NCBI GenBank assembly: GCA_951406725.2
Contig: OX597834.1
Coordinates: 35,402,001 to 35,466,000 of the forward strand
Source of the DNA: Octopus vulgaris
Taxonomy: Eukaryota
Length of the DNA: 64,000 bases
Direction of reading: 5' to 3'
In this document: positions 36,101-49,100 of the stretch, one piece after another
Numbering within the stretch: position 1 is the first letter of the stretch
Layout of the letters: every line of letters begins with the position of its first letter
Made by a program: the position numbers and the translations under genes
Notes under the pieces: generated by a model
What the model was told of the DNA's origin: nothing
Databases searched by the model: none
The model's input: only the letters and a program-made list of their open reading frames with translations

Positions 36101-36632
36101 ACTCTACATGTATATGCAAAGTTTCGTATAGTTCTCTTGTATACGCACACACATACACACATGTACTCACACATTTTCAACGTTGAACATTACCATCCCA
36201 TTTCCATTGTACACATACACACACGCACGCAAACATACCTCTCTTTTACACACACACACACACACACTTCAAACGCCGTTTATCAGCTTTTTCACTCCTT
36301 CCTTCGTTATTCATCTATCACCCCTTCCTTTCTCATTCATACGACGCTCTCTTTGCTATTTATCTCCTCTGCCTTCACCTCTCACTCCGGCTTTATTTTA
36401 TATATATATATATCGGAAGTCGCTAAATTTTCTTGAGAACATTCCTTTTTTAGTGGTAAGACCATAGGGGGTCGATTTCTAGCATAATGGACGTCCACTT
36501 AGTGGTCATCCCTCTTATATGTATGTAATATATATATAGGACGCCATGATAGATCGTTAACTCGTACACGCATTTTTTTCTCTCCTTGGTTTTTTCTCTC
36601 CTTTTTTTCCCTCCTTGTTGCTTTTCTGTGTA

Positions 36633-36670
36633 TCTTTCTGTTGAAGAGCGTAGGCTCGAAACGTAAAAGA
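36633..36670 (+). ncRNA. Minimal hammerhead-ribozyme-like motif in a Penelope-like repeat (36538-36768)
   Basis: TCTTT-CTGTTGA-A-GAGC-GTAG-GCTC-GAAA-CG-TA-AAAGA: 5-bp stem I, 4-bp stem II; core has an A6-to-U change. Confidence 0.6.
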
Positions 36671-36766
36671 CTTTTTCTATTTCTATTCCTGAGCGCCATA
36701 CTAATACAATTGTTTGTTTGTACTCCACCTGCCTTCGTCTTTTGTTTATTTTCGTAAACTTTCCCG

Positions 36767-36809
<43 letters not shown>

Positions 36810-37339
36810 AATATATAAAAAGACATTGGTAAAATTTCCACTTATTTCTTTTTTTATTTTTCTAAAATTTTCGCTGCGTCTTGCAACCTTTTCAATACTT
36901 TTGGACTCTGTTCATATTTCCTTCTGTTATAACTTCATCAGCTCGACCACTGCATTGCGAAGAGCCAGCTCTTATTTCTACGGATCTTTGTAACCCGGGA
37001 GATAACGTCGCTGTTTAGGCACTTGGCTCGGTCTGACCACTTATTGTCTATATTATATATCCTTTGAAATTTTCTTATTCACTGGCTTCATTTTATTCCC
37101 AAAGATACTCCACAAAAGAAAAAAGAAAAGAAGAAAAAACCCAGAAAAATGTATGTTCCATTCAGTGGTGAAAATAATGTGATTGAACTCCCTCAAAAAA
37201 TCAAATTGCATTCAGATAAACATAGTTATACTCATTTGTTGTCAACTCACCCGAGACCCTCCCTCTGGATTCTATGATACAAACTTTATATTTTAAAACC
37301 TCCCTTCAAAATTTTATGCTAATTTAAGTTCCAAATAAA

Positions 37340-37930
37340 GGCAGCTTTCTGGCAGGACCGTTAGTACGTCGGACAAAATGCTTGGCGATATTCAGTCCGT
37401 CTTTACGTTCTGAGTTCAAATTCCGCCGTGGTCGACTTTGTCTTTCATCTTTTCGGGGTTGATAAAATAAGTACCAGTTGAGCATTGGGGGTAGACTTAA
37501 CCTCTACCCCGAAATTGTTGGCCTTGTGCCAAAATTTGAAATCAATTTATGCCCTAAACAAAGGCGGCGAGCTGGCAGGACCGTTAGTACGTCGGACAAA
37601 TGCTTAGCGACATTTCGTCCGTCTTTACGTTCTGAGTTCAAATTCCGCCGTGGTCGACTTTGCCTTTCATCATTTCGGGGTCGATAAAATGAGTGCCAGG
37701 TGTGTACTGGGGTTTATGTAATCGGTTAATCTTCCTGTGCCAAAATTTGAAACCACTTTATGTCCTAAACAGTGGCGGGGCTCTGACCGAACCATTAGTA
37801 CTTAGGCTAAAATGCTTCAACGGCATTTCTCCCGGCTTTTTATGTTCTGAGCTCAAAATCCTCCGAGGTTTTCTTTGTCGTTTATCCCTTTGGGTTCGAA
37901 AAAATCGAAGGACCAGCTAAGTACTGGGTT
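37340..37930 (+). mobile_element. Cluster of three older SINE B-related copies
   Basis: Repeated GGCAGGACCGTTAG..GTTCTGAGTTCAAATTCCGCCG..GTCGACTTTG. Confidence 0.75.
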
Positions 37931-38884
37931 TGATGTTATCGATTTGCTTCCTCCCATAAAAAATTTGCCCCCCCTCCACCTCGTGCCAAAATCGTCGCCG
38001 GAATTTCATTAATAAATGATAACAACACTAATGCTAACACTAACTGAATATCGTGTCTTTGGAAACGAAAGGGTGCAAGCGTCAGCGAAATAATTAGTTA
38101 TAGAATTATATGCTGAGCCTATTTAAAAAAATAAAATATGTCAAAAAACAAAACAAGAAGAAACAAACAAAAACAACCAAATCAAGGCCGTTTGAATATA
38201 AGTGCATTGACGTGGTTCCAAACATAGATGACCCAGAATAAAAATGAAAAAAAAAATCATTTGTTTGACATTATTACTCGACACAGCTAATATTTCTTTA
38301 CCAGAGACATATGAAGACTTACAAAACTTCAATAAAACTTGGACGTTTAAAACAAAAAAAACTTACTATAAAAGATTTGTCAGACAAAAATAAACTCAGA
38401 TTGGCATGTCAAGGTTTGTAGGATAAGTTTCAAGTAGCAAGAAAATAACGATATTAACGGATGTGGTCTCTTGACTGAACTAGATATATTATGAAATAAT
38501 TATTTCCTGGAGATGCAAAGCTTTTGATAGAAACCGTTAGATTCATCAGCGGTAACAGGTTACAGGATATCATGCAAAACCTGTGGTTTGCATTAAAATT
38601 AAGGTATACAATATTTATAACTGTTGACCATGGATGAGGAGAGAGCAGATCAAGTGTACTAAAAGCTTATAAGGACATATTTAAGGTCATCCAAGACAGA
38701 AACACTTAAATTCTTTGGCTATTTTCTCAATAGAAAAATGGTATTGCAAGATGTGGCTCTGTGGTAAGAATTTTGCTTTCCAACCACATGGTCCCAGGTT
38801 CAGTCCCACTGCACCTTGGGCAAGTGTCTTTTGAGCGGATTTGGTAGATGGAAACTGAAAGAAGACCGTCGTATGTATGTATGT

Positions 38885-39218
38885 CGAGACCCCTTTCGGT
38901 CATGACTGATCGTGGGATTGCACCTAGAAACTTACCCTCCGAGGCACAAGTCCGGGCAAGGTTGTTTATGGAAAACCAACAGTCGCCCATGCATACCGGC
39001 CACTCGTCTCCACGCCACCTGTGTTATCCAAGAGAAAGGCAAAGGGGCCGATACAGCTTGCCACCTGTGACGTCGCAACTCATTTCTACAGCTGAGTGAA
39101 CTGGAGTAACGTGAAATGAAGTGTCTTGCTCAAGAACACAACACGCAGCCCGGTCCGGGATTCGAACTCACAACCTCACGATCGTAAGCTCGATGCTCTA
39201 ACCCATGAGCCATGCGCC

Positions 39219-39222
<4 letters not shown>
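38885..39222 (-). mobile_element. tRNA-headed SINE family D, tail variant a
   Basis: Minus head GAAGGCGCATGGCTCATGGGTTAGAGC..GAGTTCGAATCCC, core GTTCTTGAGCAAGACACT. Confidence 0.75.
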
Positions 39223-39271
<49 letters not shown>

Positions 39272-39488
39272 CAAATAGATGTCTTATAAAACTATTCCGC
39301 TCATACAATAAAAACCATACAAACAATCCAACATACCTCCATCATTAGCTGTCCCTCGGATATCATTATGGTTTCGACACCTGGGCAGTACCATTCAATC
39401 CGGCGGTGTCCACAGCGCTAAAATAAGTGTTTTTTTTGGGGGAACAAACATACCTTAGATATCACCACATTCATTCAATCTTAATTCT

Positions 39489-39547
<59 letters not shown>

Positions 39548-40251
39548 TCGAGAAGCACACTTCTTACCACATAGCCACTCTTACGCCTAACATTATCCAA
39601 TGTTTTCCTTATTTTAGATCATAAGTCCTCAACGTGGGCGCTACTGCTCCCCGGTGGGTGTTGAGACAGTCCAGGTGGGCGCTGGTGCCTAAGGGGGTGG
39701 TGGTGGTAGAGAAAAAGGAGGCATTGAGAGGAAGGTAATGGATTAAGGGACACTATGAATTTATTATAATATTATTATAGTAGTGTATACATATTATATA
39801 ATATATTAAAAATCAAATTATTCATTGTATATATAAATTAGTAAAATATAAAATATTTATTTATGCATAAAAATAGGGGTGGGGGCGCTGATGTGGCCAT
39901 GAGAGGGGGCAGTAGCCCCGAAAATTTGAGAATCACTGATTTAGTTGGTTGGGTGTATTCTGAGAGAGATCTTTAGCTGCTATTTCTTGTTGGTCGATCG
40001 TACCACGAAGGGGCTTTTTTTTCGTTGTTGGTTGGTTAGTTGGTTGGTAGGTAGAAGATGACGGTGAAGGGTGAACAATCGATCGATGACTGTGTTGTGT
40101 TGGCCTTGGGAAAACAAGCGAAAAACTGTTAAGGACGTTGATCACAATAGTTGCGCTGTTGGCGGTTGAGGGGTTTCTGAATGCGGTTTGTGTCGTTTGT
40201 TAGAGAGTGAGACAGATAGATAGACAGATAGATAGATAGACAGATAGATAA

Positions 40252-40274
<23 letters not shown>

Positions 40275-40288
<14 letters not shown>

Positions 40289-40490
40289 AGGCGAGAGGGA
40301 GAGATACGAGGAGAGAGAGAGAGAAGGCGAGAGGGAGATATACGAGGAGAGAGAGAGAAGGCGAGAGGGAGAGATACGAGGAGAGAGAGAGAGAAGGCGA
40401 GAGGGAGATATACGAGGAGAGAGAGAGAAGGCGAGAGGGAGAGATACCAGGAGAGAGAGAGAGAAGGCGAGAGGGAGAGATACGAGGAGA
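40275..40490 (+). repeat. GA-rich minisatellite, 6 copies of about 34-36 bp
   Basis: (GA)nAGGCGAGAGGGAGA(G/T)ATACGAG. Confidence 0.85.
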
Positions 40491-40583
40491 GAGAGATTAA
40501 AGAGACAGGAGAGTGGGTGGGAGAGAGGATAGAGAGATAAAGTGAGAGGATGGGAGACATTGAGAGAGAGATGGAGAGAGGGT

Positions 40584-40626
<43 letters not shown>

Positions 40627-40749
40627 AGAGAGAAGGCGAGAGGAATATACCCAGCTTTCCTTCACAAAACCAAAGCGAAGGTCAAGAGGCTGTTATTGTC
40701 AATTGTGAGCAGGAATCTAGTGAAACTAGAGGATGGCGGAGGGGAACGG

Positions 40750-40789
<40 letters not shown>

Positions 40790-41177
40790 GGAGGGAGGGA
40801 GGGAGGGAGGGAGAGGGGGTGCGATTGATAGAGTAAGGGAGAGAGAAGAAGATTTTTGTTGTTGTTGACCTATGTGGGTGGTGCGATTTCTACGCAGGCA
40901 AGTTGACCTTCTCCGCAACCATCATCGCAGGGACTTTGCTGTAGGTAAAACAGCAGCACATAATGGCGACGGTTGATGTTGTTTATGTTGATGTTGTAGG
41001 AGGGATTTGAAGACGGCTTGCTTCGCTGGAGGGTGTAAGGTTGGTGGAAAGGTCAAAGGAGACGAAGTAGCAGGGGAGCGGGTTAGGGAGTGGAGGACAG
41101 ACAGACAGACTGTCAGAAAAAAGTAGGGTCCCGTACGCGTGGGATGCGAACCCACATTCTTTTGTTAATGCGACGGG

Positions 41178-41213
<36 letters not shown>

Positions 41214-41403
41214 AAAAAAAGGGTAATAACATAGATTGTTGTTACCAGTGGCCCAGCACAAAAGACGAATTAGTCATTAGACAAAATATTATTCATATAG
41301 AAAAATATTATTCATATAGAAATATAATTAAGGGCTCCCAAATAAGGATGCCAAGTGCTAGGGACACAAAAAAGGGATAAATTCATCGAGAGTGAAAATC
41401 AAA

Positions 41404-41476
<73 letters not shown>

Positions 41477-41804
41477 GAAATATGTTACAAAAAGAAAATA
41501 TAAAATACAGTAGAAATATGTTACAAAAAGAAAATATAAAATTCACGTGGAAATAAATCAACGAAAATGCACATTGCAAATAAAAAAAGGCTTTTTTATG
41601 ACAGGTAACGACGCCGAAACCATGGTTCACTTTGTTTTCTTACTTTATTATCATCTTATAATCATCTCATAATAACGACTCTTATGACTACCTCAGTCCA
41701 TCTAATTGTATATATTTATCGTTACCTGTCATAAAAAGGCTTTTTTTATTTGCAATGTGCATTTTCGTTGATTTTTCATATATATATTATATATATATAT
41801 ATAT

Positions 41805-41900
<96 letters not shown>

Positions 41901-41954
41901 CTGTGCGTGTGTTATACACTATTTTATTGAAGCTGAAAAAAAGTCTTCACACAA

Positions 41955-42110
41955 TTCATGGCTGTATAGTAGGAAGATTGCTTCCCAGCCACATGGTTCC
42001 TGGTTCAGTCCTACTGCACGGCCCCTTGGGCAAGTGCCTTCTACTATAGCCCCGAGCCGATCAAAGCCTTGTGAGTGGATTTAGTAGACGGAAACTGAAA
42101 GAAGCCCGTC

Positions 42111-42168
<58 letters not shown>

Positions 42169-42375
42169 ATGTGTGTGTGTGTGTGTGTGTTTGACCCCCA
42201 TCACTTGACAATTGATGCTGGTGTGTTTACGTCCCCGTAACTTAGCGGTTCGGCAAAACAAACCGATATGATAAGTACTAGGTTTACAAAGAATAAGTCC
42301 TGGGATCGATTTGTTCGACTAAAGGCGGTGCTCCAGCATGGCCACAGTCAAATAACTGAAAGAACTAAAAGAATA
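41955..42375 (+). mobile_element. SINE family A
   Basis: Homologous to other copies. Confidence 0.85.
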
Positions 42376-42704
42376 AACTGTTACTCGGAATTTCACGTAA
42401 CCTTTATCGGGCAATTGTGAGAATTCAGAATAATACAATAACGAACCCTTTCGGGGTCGATAAAATAAGTACGACTTGAATCGACCTGTCCCCTCCCCTC
42501 GAAAATGCTGGCCTTGTGCCAACATTTGAAACCAATATTTGGAAGCAGATGTTGTAAGTAAGTGGGGTTAGCTTGCATCAACGGAGCCCGTGGTCACTCG
42601 TAAACAGCGGCGAAATCTCCTTCAAATCAAATCTTACAATCGGGAAAGAAAATATCGATTAAAAGAAAAAAAATGGAAATGTCACATTGAATAATGTAGT
42701 TCTA

Positions 42705-43092
42705 GATGGAAGCACTCCGTCGGTTACGACGACGAGGGTTCCGGTTGATCCGAATCAACGGAACAGCCTGCTCGTGAAATTAACGTGTAAGTGGCTGAGC
42801 ACTCCACAGACACGTGTACCCTTAACGTAGTTCTCGGGGATATTCAGCGTGACACAGAGAGTGACAAGGCCGGCCCCTTGAAATACAGGTACAACAGAAA
42901 CAGGAAGTAAGAGTGAGAGAAAGTTGTGGTGAAAGAGTACAGCAGGGATCACCACCATCCCCTACCGGAGCCTCGTGGAGCTTTTAGGTGTTTTCGCTCA
43001 ATAAACACTCACAACGCCCGGTCTGGGAATCGAAATCGCGATCCTATGACCGCGAGTCCACTGCTCTAACCACTGGGCCATTGCGCCTCCAC
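42705..43092 (-). mobile_element. SINE family C, tail variant 2, full length
   Basis: Near-identical to 31022-31408; TSD TAGTTCTA. Confidence 0.9.
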
Positions 43093-43594
43093 TAGTTCTA
43101 TATACACTATGCCTGAAAACAAAAAGACTATCCAAAAAAGAAAAAAACATCCTTAAACCGATGGCTGTAATACCATTCGCGATCAGGCTTCACACCGCCA
43201 TCATCAAGAGGACGATGATGACGACGACCACCACCACAAAGAACCACCAGCACCTCCACCACAACAACCACCAGCACCTCCACCACAACAACCACCAGCA
43301 CCTCCACCACCTCAGCGGCGTCGACGATGATACGACGACGACGACGAAGGAGATGGCGGCGATGACACCCAAATGTCACAACGTAAAGCGTAATGTGTTA
43401 GGACAGAAGATAACGAATTGCCATTTCTATGGAAGTCGTTTGGATCCATTTACTCTGGGGGCAATAATAAAGAAGAAAAAAAAAGGGTCCTCGTAACAAG
43501 GATGTGTTTCTCCTTTTATAGGTTTCTTGTTCCCCGGAGAAAATATCTTATCAGATGTTTGAACGTGTGTGTGTGTGAATATGTATGTTTCTAC

Positions 43595-43627
<33 letters not shown>

Positions 43628-43663
43628 TGTATGTATGTATGTATGTATGTATGTATGTATGTA

Positions 43664-43694
<31 letters not shown>

Positions 43695-44739
43695 ATGTAT
43701 GTATGTATGTATGATTATATATATATAAATGTCTGTCTGTCTGAATTTATATATCTATTTTCGCTTCTGGTGTTCGAATTACTTTGCAAAACTCGGTTTC
43801 TAGTATAAAAATGAGATTTCTTAATTTATTCGTAGGCACTGACGTCTGTCTGTCTGTATGTTTTAGATATATATATATATACATGCATGTATAGATGCGT
43901 GTATGTATGTATATTTTGGGTATATATGTATGCATGCATGTAAACATGCACGTGAGCAGAGGCATACATATCATTGTACATGTGGATCTTATCACATGCT
44001 AAATATGTTGAGTGTTTGAACATAATTTTACAGGACCTCTGACAGCTTGAAACCGTAAACCTCTGATTATGTGTGTTCTGTCCAGTTTTATGAAACTAAG
44101 CCCATCAAAACTGACATTGAGGAAGTTAGTCACATAGATATGCACCCTTTAAACCCTGCTTTTGTCACCTGGACAACAATGTTTTAAAATTGACCTATTT
44201 TCCATAACATTTCAGACAGATTCAGCGCTGAGTCGCTGAAGCAGAAGTATCGCAAATATTCTGGTAAATACCACAGATTTGCTTGTCAGTTGCTTCACCT
44301 TAACCAATTGAGCATATCCCTTTAGTGGCTGACGATATGTGCACTTCTGATCATGAGCAGGAGTAGTGGGGGAGTATACAGTGTAATAATTACACTGTAT
44401 AATGTGATTTTTGTCCTTGGGTAGCGACTGTTATTTCCTATTTACTTACCCCTAGAAAATATGAAAAATTGCTAATATTTCCTTCAAACTTCGCTTTCGT
44501 TACATTGATTCAAACCCCAAAGAATCCCTCTCAACACATAGCTATGATACTCCCCCACTACACCAGCATAAACATCGACAGCATGTTATATTTTACAACC
44601 AGCATGCTATATCTTATATCCACTATGTTGTATCTTTTATGACGATGTTGTGTCCTATTCACGCCCTCTTGAATCCACCATGTAATATGCTAAACTAAAG
44701 TTCATTTTTCGTGACAATAAACATAAGTAAACAAAACAA

Positions 44740-45122
44740 ATAACTCTTTCTAATTTGTGTAGAAGGTCAAGAATTTTGTGGGGAGAGAGTCAGTCGATTA
44801 TATGGACTCCAGTATTCAGCTGGTACTTATTTTATCGACCTCGGCGGAATTTGAACTCGGAACGTAATGACGAATGAAATGCCGCTAAGCATTTTCTTCC
44901 GATGTGCTAACGAATCTACCAGCTCGCCGCCTTTACTAATAATAATGGTTTTAAATTTTGGTGCGAGGCCAGCAGATTTGGGGGAGGGGTAAATCGATTA
45001 TATCGATCCCAGTGTTCAACTGGTACTTATTTTATCGACCCCAAAAGGATGAAAGGCAAAGCCGACCCCGGAGGAATTTGAACTTAGAACGGTGCGCTAA
45101 CGATTCTGCCAGCTCGTTGCCT

Positions 45123-45184
<62 letters not shown>

Positions 45185-45365
45185 CTTTTCTACTAAAAGC
45201 ACAAGGCCTGAAATTTCGTGGGAGGGAAATCGTCGATTACATCGACTCCAGTATTTCACTGGTACTTAATTTATCGACTCTGAAAGGATGAAAGGCAAAG
45301 TAAAGACGGATGAAATGCCCCTAAGCATTTTGTTCGACGCATTAACGATTCTGCCAGCTCACCAT
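44740..45365 (-). mobile_element. Cluster of decayed SINE B-related copies around (AAT)n
   Basis: Repeated CTGGTACTTATTTTATCGAC..GGAATTTGAACT..GATTCTGCCAGCTC. Confidence 0.7.
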
Positions 45366-45987
45366 CTTGTATAAAACACAAACAAAAAACAAAAAAAAAC
45401 ATAAATAATGATTACCAAAAGGAGTCCTATTTTTTTTTATAACTGGTGCTGGTGGTCAGGTGAGGTATAGCCAATTATATCTACCCGGATACGTACCTGG
45501 GACGACTGACTTATTTCATAGACTCAGATAGATGAAGTTAAACTTCCCTGAGCGGGATTCGAAATCAGGAGAACACGCGAAGGGTGTCAACTAAATAACA
45601 CCATTTGATTTTGTCCGACATCCAATCCACCAGCGTCATCAACACATCGTATATTTATTTCTGCAGGTCACTTTGACCTTCTTTTCTCTTGTGGCCTTTC
45701 CAACACTCCACCCCAGACACACCTCCTCCCCTCGTAATGACTGTCGTTCGCGAACGGCTTATTTCTGTCTTGTTTATTGAAATTGTTGTTGATTTTAGGA
45801 ATTCTAATGTGCTGAGAAGGAGTTTGGAAGCGAAATTGATGCCAAGAGTTATGGCACCAAGCAACAAGGGAGTGGTGAATACGAGTTATTGACTTGATTA
45901 AGGAGATCATTGCCCCGAGGAAATGCGAACGTAATCCTCTGTCTGTCTGTCTGTCTGTCTTTATCCTTCCGGTGTTATTTCCTCGCG

Positions 45988-46545
45988 TGAAGGCGCGTGG
46001 CTTAGTGGTTAGGGCATTCGGCTCAAGATCGTAAGATCGTGAGTTCAATTCCCGGCGACGCGCTGTATCTTTGAGCAAGACACTTTATTTCACGTTGCTC
46101 CACTCCAACTCCACTCCACTCAGCTGGCAAAAATGAATTGTACCTGTAATTCGAAGGGCCGGCCGGCCGGCCTTGTCACATTCTGTGTTACGCTGAATCT
46201 CCCTGAGAACTATGTTAAGCGTATGTGTGTCTGTGGAGTGCTCAGCCACTTGCACGTTAATTTCACGAGCGGGCTGTTCCGTTGATCGGATCAACTGGAA
46301 CCCTCGTCGTCGTCGTAACCGACGGAGTGCCAACTGTTTCACGTTCCTCAAGACCTCTCAGCTGGCAAAAATGTGCTGTACCAGTAATTCAAAGGGCCGG
46401 CCTTGTCAGATTCTGTGTCACGCTGAATCTCCCTGGGAACTAGGTTAAGGGCAGATATCTGTGGAGTGCTCAACCGCTTGAAAGTTAAGTTCACGAGCGG
46501 GCTGTTCTGTTGATCGAATGAACTGGAACCCTCGTCGTCCTAACC
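45988..46545 (+). mobile_element. SINE family D with tail variant 2, plus duplicated tail
   Basis: Head GAAGGCGCGTGGCTTAGTGGTTAGGG; tail shared with 31022; tail repeated at 46355-46545. Confidence 0.8.
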
Positions 46546-46611
46546 ATTTATAGTTCCTCTGTCTATTGTTCAGCCTCACACCTTTTCTTTCTTTATTTCC
46601 CGTCCTTTCCT

Positions 46612-46915
46612 CACGCAATGGCCTAGTGGTTAGGGCAGCGGACTCGCGGTCGTAGGATCGCGGTTTCGATTCCCAGACCGGGCGTTGTGAGTGTTTATTG
46701 AGCGAAAACACCTAAAGCTCCACGAGGCTCCGGCAGGGGGTGGTGGTGATCCCTGCTGTACTCTTTCACCACTCTTTCTCCCACTCTTTCTTCTGTTGGC
46801 CTGCTCGCTTAGCCAGCGGGGTGGCGTCATTCGAAGGCTAAAACAATGCGAACGCATTGCGACCAGCGATGTGTAACAACATCTGATGGTCTGGTCGGTC
46901 ACGTGATCACGTGAT
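46612..46915 (+). mobile_element. SINE family C, tail variant 3
   Basis: Same head as 31022; tail GGCCTGCTCGCTTAGCC...GGTCACGTGATCACGTGAT. Confidence 0.82.
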
Positions 46916-47953
46916 CCTCACTCCCAACATCGGTGTTTCTCAACCATCTTTTTTTTTTTTTTTACCTTTGGACCCTTTGATTCATACTTTACTCAAATGG
47001 ACCCTAAAAAAATCCTTTTATACTTTTATTAGATATCAAGAATTCCTTTACCGTTTACTTGTTTCAGCCATTTGAATGCGGCTATGCTGGGGCCTCCGCC
47101 TTGAAGGGTTTATATTTTTTAAAGGCTGGTAACTTATTCTATCGGTCTCTTATGCCAAACCGCTAAGTTACAGGGACGTAAAATTACCGGTTGTAAAGCG
47201 GTAATGGTGGATACACACACACATACATACACACATATATATACACACACACACAAGCTTCTTTACAGTTTCCGTCTACCACGTCCACTTACAAGGTTTT
47301 GGTCGGCCCGAGACACTTGCACAAGGTCACATGCATTTCAAAACTTTAACATAATCTTTTCCATAAATCAACTATCGTAAAAATTTTATACGATGACCTC
47401 ACATTTTCTATGTTTGTATGTGTGTACCTTAAAAGACGTCAATCATCATGACACACACCTTCACTCGCTCACTCTATCTCTCTTTCTCACCCTCTTTCTC
47501 TCTCATATACACACGCGTACGCACGCACACACACACACACACACACGCACACACACACACACATACACGCACACATACACACACACACACACAGGTTCAT
47601 TTCATATATCTTCTTTCAATTTCTGTTCTCTGCAAATAAAATTTTTTACGGATACAACTGCTTACAAAAATAGGGATTAATGTATAATTTGTTTCTACGT
47701 TCATAATTAAATCAATGTTTTAATGAATAGACAGAGGTCCAATAGAATAGCCCTCGGAAACAGACTACGTACAAATTCGTTCTTCACAATCCCTGAAGCT
47801 GTTTTCTGACAAGCGGGGGGGGGGGGGGAGTCAGGGAATTTTCATACAGCTGGAGGCTCCAATCGAAACAGGGGACCCGAAATGATAACTTTGAGAAACG
47901 CTGTTATAGATTATGCCTCACCGAAAACGATCACAGCCACATCATCCAAACAG

Positions 47954-47981
47954 ACCGGATGAAACCGGGCTTAGCTGCTAG
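47954..47981 (+). mobile_element. Helitron-like 3' terminus
   Basis: CCGG-ATGAAA-CCGG hairpin then CTAG|T; 5' end not located. Confidence 0.45.
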
Positions 47982-48169
47982 TATTTATATATGATCAAAT
48001 GTTTGGAGGCGTGGAGCTATGTACAAAGTCGTTGACTCGAATTTGATGTTTGTTCTCTGATCAATGATTTTTGTCTGTCTCAATTAACTTCAGCACTTCT
48101 TTTTTTGCAGTCTTATAAACCCTTTTGTCTCCATAAAAAGAGGCAAAAATTATCTCTTGTCGTGTATGC

Positions 48170-48225
<56 letters not shown>

Positions 48226-48298
48226 AATGTGACCGCGTGTGTACCGTTGGCGATTTCCTCCCCCCGTCTTCCCTTCCTTGGATCTTTCCATTTCCTAT

Positions 48299-48333
48299 GT
48301 TTCTGACGAAGAGCTCCGCTCGAAACGTTAAAT
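48299..48333 (+). ncRNA. Minimal hammerhead-ribozyme motif in a Penelope-like repeat (48221-48432)
   Basis: GTTT-CTGACGA-A-GAGC-TCC-GCTC-GAAA-CG-TT-AAAT; intact CUGANGA and GAAA core. Confidence 0.7.
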
Positions 48334-48579
48334 CCTCCTTTCTTTCCTTTCCTGAGCGTCCAATAACACTATACTTGTTCCACGTCCCCGCGTTGTTGCG
48401 TTTTCTCTTTGTGTTTTCATGTTTGGATTAACTATATATATATATATATATATATAAAGATTAATCAGCCGAAATTGCGAAGATGATCCGGTTCTTGACT
48501 GAAGACCGTCCGTTTTTTTGTATCGTCTTCTAAATGTTTTGCGTTCTTGTCCCAGTTTGTGTTTTTTTTTACATATACA

Positions 48580-48631
<52 letters not shown>

Positions 48632-48759
48632 CACACATGTGTGTCTGTGTGCATGCACGTACGCACACACATTAATAGCTTGACCCAGAATTGGTTTATT
48701 CACTGACGCAAAAAATCGTTCGGGCGCTTAACTCTGAGTAACGAGGCAGCACCAACATT

Positions 48760-49100
48760 TGAATAAGGCTAATTTTCATTGAATAACGATTGCGATGCGT
48801 TCTCGTTGGCCACTTCGCTCCAGACGTTGCAAACGATATCTGAGTGAGTGACAGCAGATACGAGATGAGACACTTGCTCTGGCACGACGTTTAGGAGAAT
48901 AATCTGTTTATGGTGACATAGTTGTCTCCTGGACCTGTAGTGATAGTTAATCGCTATTCGCTTAGTTGCCAATTAACCACATGATACGAACGTGACAATG
49001 AATAGCAAGCATCGCTCATCAGCCAACAAAACCCCAACGTTTTTCAGCTGTGACGATCGCGTCGTTCAGTACGAAGCGCTTTAACGATCGGAGGTGCGTG
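48760..49100 (-). mobile_element. Possible highly decayed Tc1-like transposase
   Basis: Minus-strand LTERRDR..W.VLLADER resembles Tc1 W..VLFSDE; very degenerate. Confidence 0.3.

Noticed and set aside
38200-38720. Possible hAT transposase C-terminal remnant
   Set aside because: Too degenerate to show a diagnostic motif by eye
40650-41150. Unique GC-richer segment between GA tracts, promoter- or enhancer-like
   Set aside because: Only short generic motifs (AGGTCA, ATTGT); no exon or TSS evidence
43161-43496. His/Thr-rich ORF with NHQHLHH repeats
   Set aside because: Derived from a 24-bp triplication within GAC/CAC simple repeats
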